A stretch of DNA of 63,863 nucleotides, filler included, from Thraustochytrium aureum (taxonomy: Eukaryota), in the NCBI GenBank assembly GCA_012862495.1. It is 5 parts of 3 records of this genome, joined end to end, with 100 filler letters (N's around TTAATTAATTAA, not from the genome) between each part and the next. Parts side by side here need not be neighbours in the genome. Positions count along the whole stretch, not along the records: positions 57,516 to 61,931 come from BLSG01000091.1; positions 62,032 to 63,863 come from BLSG01000092.1; 3 more parts are not named here. One strand, written 5' to 3'. The position numbers and the translations under genes are program-made. Positions 59,020-63,863 of the stretch are shown here, piece by piece; within the stretch, counting starts at the first letter, position 1, and each line of letters begins with the position of its first letter. Below the pieces are notes generated by a model. That model did no database searches and was not told the DNA's origin. It saw only the letters and a list, made by a program, of their open reading frames with translations.

Positions 59020-59928
59020 NNNNNNNNNNNNNNNNNNNNNNNNNNNNNNNNNNNNNNNNNNNNNNNNNNNNNNNNNNNNNNNNNNNNNNNNNNNNNNNNN
59101 NNNNNNNNNNNNNNNNNNNNNNNNNNNNNNNNNNNNNNNNNNNNNNNNNNNNNNNNNNNNNNNNNNNNNNNNNNNNNNNNNNNNNNNNNNNNNNNNNNNN
59201 NNNNNNNNNNNNNNNNNNNNNNNNNNNNNNNNNNNNNNNNNNNNNNNNNNNNNNNNNNNNNNNNNNNNNNNNNNNNNNNNNNNNNNNNNNNNNNNNNNNN
59301 NNNNNNNNNNNNNNNNNNNNNNNNNNNNNNNNNNNNNNNNNNNNNNNNNNNNNNNNNNNNNNNNNNNNNNNNNNNNNNNNNNNNNNNNNNNNNNNNNNNN
59401 NNNNNNNNNNNNNNNNNNNNNNNNNNNNNNNNNNNNNNNNNNNNNNNNNNNNNNNNNNNNNNNNNNNNNNNNNNNNNNNNNNNNNNNNNNNNNNNNNNNN
59501 NNNNNNNNNNNNNNNNNNNNNNNNNNNNNNNNNNNNNNNNNNNNNNNNNNNNNNNNNNNNNNNNNNNNNNNNNNNNNNNNNNNNNNNNNNNNNNNNNNNN
59601 NNNNNNNNNNNNNNNNNNNNNNNNNNNNNNNNNNNNNNNNNNNNNNNNNNNNNNNNNNNNNNNNNNNNNNNNNNNNNNNNNNNNNNNNNNNNNNNNNNNN
59701 NNNNNNNNNNNNNNNNNNNNNNNNNNNNNNNNNNNNNNNNNNNNNNNNNNNNNNNNNNNNNNNNNNNNNNNNNNNNNNNNNNNNNNNNNNNNNNNNNNNN
59801 NNNNNNNNNNNNNNNNNNNNNNNNNNNNNNNNNNNNNNNNNNNNNNNNNNNNNNNNNNNNNNNNNNNNNNNNNNNNNNNNNNNNNNNNNNNNNNNNNNNN
59901 NNNNNNNNNNNNNNNNNNNNNNNNNNNN

Positions 59929-61166
59929 GCTTCAATCCGAACGTGACAACTTGGTTGATCTCGGACCCCCAAAAGGACGGCAAGCACCGCCTCGCCGCAA
60001 TCACGGAGGCTGACGGCGCGGTGTGCGAGTTTGACGAGCGGACGCTTTCCACCGTCGGATCTGTACAGACCATGCCGACAAAAGGCATGGTCATCACGAA
60101 CGCCGCGCACTGGTTCCTCGACCACGAGGCGCACGGGGGCTTCCACGTCGCCCTCAACCTTTCCTGGGTAATGAGCCGCATGCAGCCAAAGTTCACGTTC
60201 AAGTACGTGATCTACCATGGACTGGCACCGCCTTATCGAGCCGTGGCCGAGCTTGAGCTCGCCGAGTTTTCCTGGGGCGGCCGGGCCAAGCAGCCGGTCA
60301 AGAAGCGCGCCGCGTACATGCACACTATCGCGCAGACAGCCAACCATGTTGTGCTCATCGCCTCGTGCAAGCGCATCAGGTACCAGGACCTCCTGAGCAA
60401 CCACATGCCCAACGGGTTTTTCGGCCTCTTCGAGGGGGTCGAGGACCCTCTCGAGTTTATCGTGTTCCGCATCGTCGACAAGGCGACGGCTGGGCTCGAG
60501 TACGTCGACACAATCGCCTGCCCTCCGGGCTCGACCTTTATGGTCTGGCACCTGGCCAACTCGTTCGAGGTCGAGACGGCTGGCGGCGCAACGCGGATCG
60601 TCATCGACGCGTCCGCGGGGGAAGCCCCGCTCAGCCAGGTCGGTGTCAACATGACCTTGTCTAGCGCGGAGCGACACAGTCTGCTGCGCTTCGAGATCGA
60701 CCTTGCGGCGCGCACCGCGAGCCACACCGTCTTGCTTGGAGAGAAGCCAGGCTTCGAGTACGACTTTCCCAACATCAACCCGTCGCGCCACCTGCGCGAG
60801 CATCGCTTCATTTTTGCCCTGCGCAACCCACTGAGTGTCAAAGACGGCAGCTCCGTCGTCAAGCTTGACGCAAGGCTCGGCGAGCACTCAGAGCTGGCAG
60901 GGCTCGCGGCGAATGAAGTCCCGACAGAGCCCATATTCGTTTCCCGCCCTGGGGCGAGCCTGGACGACGAGCTGGATGGCGTGGTGCTCACCGAGGCCAT
61001 CGACATGGACTCGGGGGCTTCGGCGCTCCTCGTGTGCGACCCGCGCTCATGGTCAGTCGTAGCGCGAATTCGTGCCCCTTTGCCGAGCAACTTCGGGCTT
61101 CACTCCACGTGGATCGACCGGACCGAGTCGCAGCACAACCAGTTCGCGGCCACTTCCAAGTTCTAA
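59929..61166 (+). CDS. Carotenoid cleavage oxygenase (RPE65/BCO family), 5' truncated by gap
   Basis: Four candidate Fe-binding His (TNAAH, YMHTIAQT, VWHLANSFE, FGLHSTW), DFPNINP, PTEPIFVSRPGASLDDELDGVVL. Confidence 0.9.
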
Positions 61167-61975
61167 CAGCGCCATCAATCCCGAGCAATCGCTTCACGGG
61201 CACTCTGGCAGGCAGCAGCCCTGCGCCGCATCCTGGAGTTCCCGCAGCGCGAGTACGTAGATGGAGTACTCTACCTCCCTAAGTACTCCAATCAAAACGG
61301 AAGCAGTCGAATGTTGGCCTGAGTTCCTTCCCAGCAGGCGCTTAGAGTAGTAGAGTACTACCTACTCGAGTACATCAAGCCAGAGCGGTGCTTGCGCCGC
61401 GAGCGAAGATGGCACACTGCTGGGCGGCGAGCGCCGCCGTTTCAGCAGCATCACCGGTTGTGGGCAAGGCGTCTAGCGAGGTAGGTTTAGGTGGGCCGGC
61501 CAGCAGGGTACTACCTAGTGGAGCGCCATGCTGCGCCCAGACAGCTGAACAATCAATCAAAAGTCCAGTCTCGCTCGCCGGCCTCGAGCCAGGGCCTCGC
61601 GAAGGGCTCGCGAGCGCCATTTGATCGTCTCACGTGGACCCCCACTGGCAAGAAGACATTTCCGTGCCTTCCTCCTCCCCGAATCCGCATTCCGCACCTT
61701 CCTCCCTATCCCCGACCCACATCCCCCACCTTCACACCGCTGCAATCCGGATTCTCTACGAGTGCGTTCTGCGAGTCGGAATCCGCGAACAAGGTGACGG
61801 CCCGTTGGGTTCCTCAATTAGTGCGCAAGCGAGGGACGTACGAGCAGAAGAACAGAACAGCACACGAGGAGACAGACCCCCAACGCAGCAGCAGGCGGAA
61901 CAGCGGCAGACCCCAAGCGCAGCAGCAGCAGNNNNNNNNNNNNNNNNNNNNNNNNNNNNNNNNNNNNNNNNNNNN

Positions 61976-61987
61976 TTAATTAATTAA
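61976..61987. other. Artificial scaffold-joining linker TTAATTAATTAA
   Basis: Same N-flanked six-frame-stop linker. Confidence 0.97.
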
Positions 61988-62031
61988 NNNNNNNNNNNNN
62001 NNNNNNNNNNNNNNNNNNNNNNNNNNNNNNN

Positions 62032-63760
62032 TGCCGTATTTGCCGTCGGGCGGGGTTTCAGTCCAAAAGATGTTTTCGACTGGCTCGCTGCTGCGGCGAG
62101 AGCCCGCGTTCATGTCGACATCCAGCATGCCGTTGCAAGCACTTCTCCGGTTGCAGAAAGAAATTGGCGCTCCACAAGGCAATGAGACGTGCAAGTCGAG
62201 GTCGTCCTCGTTGTTCCACAAAAGCGAAACGACCACCTCGCCCGACTGAGCGCCCTCGCGCTTGAGCCGCTTGGCCATCTCGTTGTCGCTGCAGTCGTCG
62301 CTGGAGAGTGCCGCCAGCAGCGTGGACCGGTCGCTGTTCAGCGAGCCGAGCAGCACGGGGCACGTCGGGCGCTCCCACAGCCGGTCGCCTTGGATCGAGT
62401 ACTTTGCGAGGCCGCGCGAGTGGCCGTGGTACACGCCAGAGCTATCGACGAGAGCGAGCCAGCCGTTTTCTGCGCTGGCGTCGGCCGACTTTTGCTGCCA
62501 GACCACTTCGCCCTCACAGTTGACGAGCGCGACATTCCCGCTCGCATCAGCCGCTACAACGGCTCCGTCGTCCATGCCAATACCGAGGACCTCTGAGAAC
62601 CCCTCCACTTGAGCCACGTCGCGGGGTCGCTCCTGAGTGATGTCGTAGAGGGTCCCGTTGTTGCAGCCCACGAAAACGTGGCCCTTGTCGGAGACGATGC
62701 AGCGCACGCCGTCTGCGAGCTTGAGCGTGCGCTTGACTTCCCCGGTCGTAGCGCTCAGTTCGCAGACGACGCCGCTCTCGCTCCCTACGTATACGTTGCC
62801 GTTCGCCTCGTCGACGCACAGCCCGAAGCACTTCAGGCCCATTTCAAACCCAAACGCCAGCTTGGCGATTCCATTCCCGTTGCTCAGGGCACCGCCTTGC
62901 GATATTGCCGGGGAGCTCACGGCCAGCTGCGGCGCAGCCGAGCGTGACGTCGGGCGCACCGTTGAGTGGGCCGTCGCGTGGGCCGCCCCGCGCCTGGTGC
63001 CGCGCTGACGCTGTGCGACTCGGCCGAGGTTTTCGGCGAGGTCAAAAAAGTACACTTGGGATCCCACAAGTCTGGGCGACACTCCGCATTGCTGGCTGAA
63101 CTGCAGCCTGCGCCACTTGGACCTGGCCCGAGCGGCGCCGACGCCCGACTCCGGTTCGTCCGCGGGGGCCATGCCGGTCACCGCCTCGGCTCGGTCGAGC
63201 AGCTTGGTGGCCGTCATGCTCTTCCACTTGAGCACGTCAGCGTCGCTGGTTCCATCGCGCGGCGCCGGGCATCGCGCCATCTGCGCGAGTTTCGAAGCCG
63301 GTAGCTTGGCGAGCTCAACCTGTGTGGTGAGGGCGAACTTGCTGCCAACAGATGTCAAGGTTCCGGCTTCCTCCAGGGCGGCCACGGCGTTGCTCGCAGC
63401 GCGCTTGTCCGCTGCGTCTGCGAAAAGCTCGCGCCGGCTCAGCAGCTTGATGCCGCTTTCGCGCGCCTTGAGGGCCGTCTCCAGCACCACGAGCTCCACG
63501 GGCCGTCCGTTGCTCTCTTCGGCCTCCTCCGCCGCCTGCTCCGGAGCGCTGCGCGCCGCCGTCACCTTTCGCGCCTTGGAGGCAGGCGTCGCGACGCTTT
63601 CGCGGCTGGCTCGCTTGTTGCTCTTGGCCGCCGTCACCCGTCGTTCGCCGAGCGCCTCCTCATCCTCGCGTGAGCTCTGAGCTCGCGCGGGCCGCCTCGT
63701 CACGGGCCGCGCCGTGGTGCGCACCGCGGACCGCCTGGTCTTTGTCGTCGTCCTTGCCAT
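62032..63760 (-). CDS. Basic N-terminus + beta-propeller + YfaP/DUF2135-like domain (3' truncated at scaffold end)
   Basis: About 576 open codons. Propeller blades FGLCVDEANGNVYVGSESGVV, LADGVRCIVSDKGHVFVGCNNGTLYD, GVYHGHSRG; then VSLLWNNEDDLDLHVSLP...LDVDMNAG...PVENIFW..PPDGKY. Confidence 0.78.
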
Positions 63761-63863
63761 GCTTGTTGTCCTGTCTACGCCGGCTGACCTCGAGCGACGA
63801 AGCGTCGCCTTGGACGGTGCGCTAGCGTGGATGCTTCGTGCGTTGGCTTGGATGCTGCGTTGG

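Noticed and set aside
19295..61166. P450 + acetylesterase + UGT + amine oxidase + carotenoid oxygenase as a biosynthetic gene cluster
   Set aside because: They lie on four different scaffolds joined by artificial linkers, with housekeeping genes in between.

Overview
GC-rich, intron-poor eukaryotic draft sequence with many N gaps. A heterotrophic stramenopile such as a thraustochytrid is my inference from composition and gene content; the sequence does not prove it. The window is not one locus: four N-flanked TTAATTAATTAA six-frame-stop linkers join five separate scaffolds (1-23072, 23174-47095, 47196-57415, 57516-61931, 62032-63863). About 20 protein genes are recognisable: a partial HET/TIR-like ORF, UBA1, a spliced vWA surface protein, a WW-domain protein, a giant Sfi1-repeat/GAF-like protein, a clan-86-like P450, a sialate O-acetylesterase-like hydrolase, a Reb1/DMTF1-like Myb protein, a PH-RGS-F-BAR-like protein, a membrane-anchored NZF-AGC kinase, a UGT, a C1A protease, OXA1, an FG nucleoporin, a membrane protein, a Sec14 protein, a subtilisin-PA-mucin protein, an amine oxidase, a pogo/CENP-B HTH protein, a carotenoid oxygenase, and a bacterial-like propeller fused to a DUF2135-like domain. 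Many genes carry single-base frameshifts, several in homopolymers, most likely sequencing errors. I saw no rRNA, tRNA or CRISPR array, and I cannot support a multi-gene novel system. The best leads are unusual domain architectures and a shared AGTACT-rich motif downstream of genes. All family assignments are motif recognition by eye; no searches were run.
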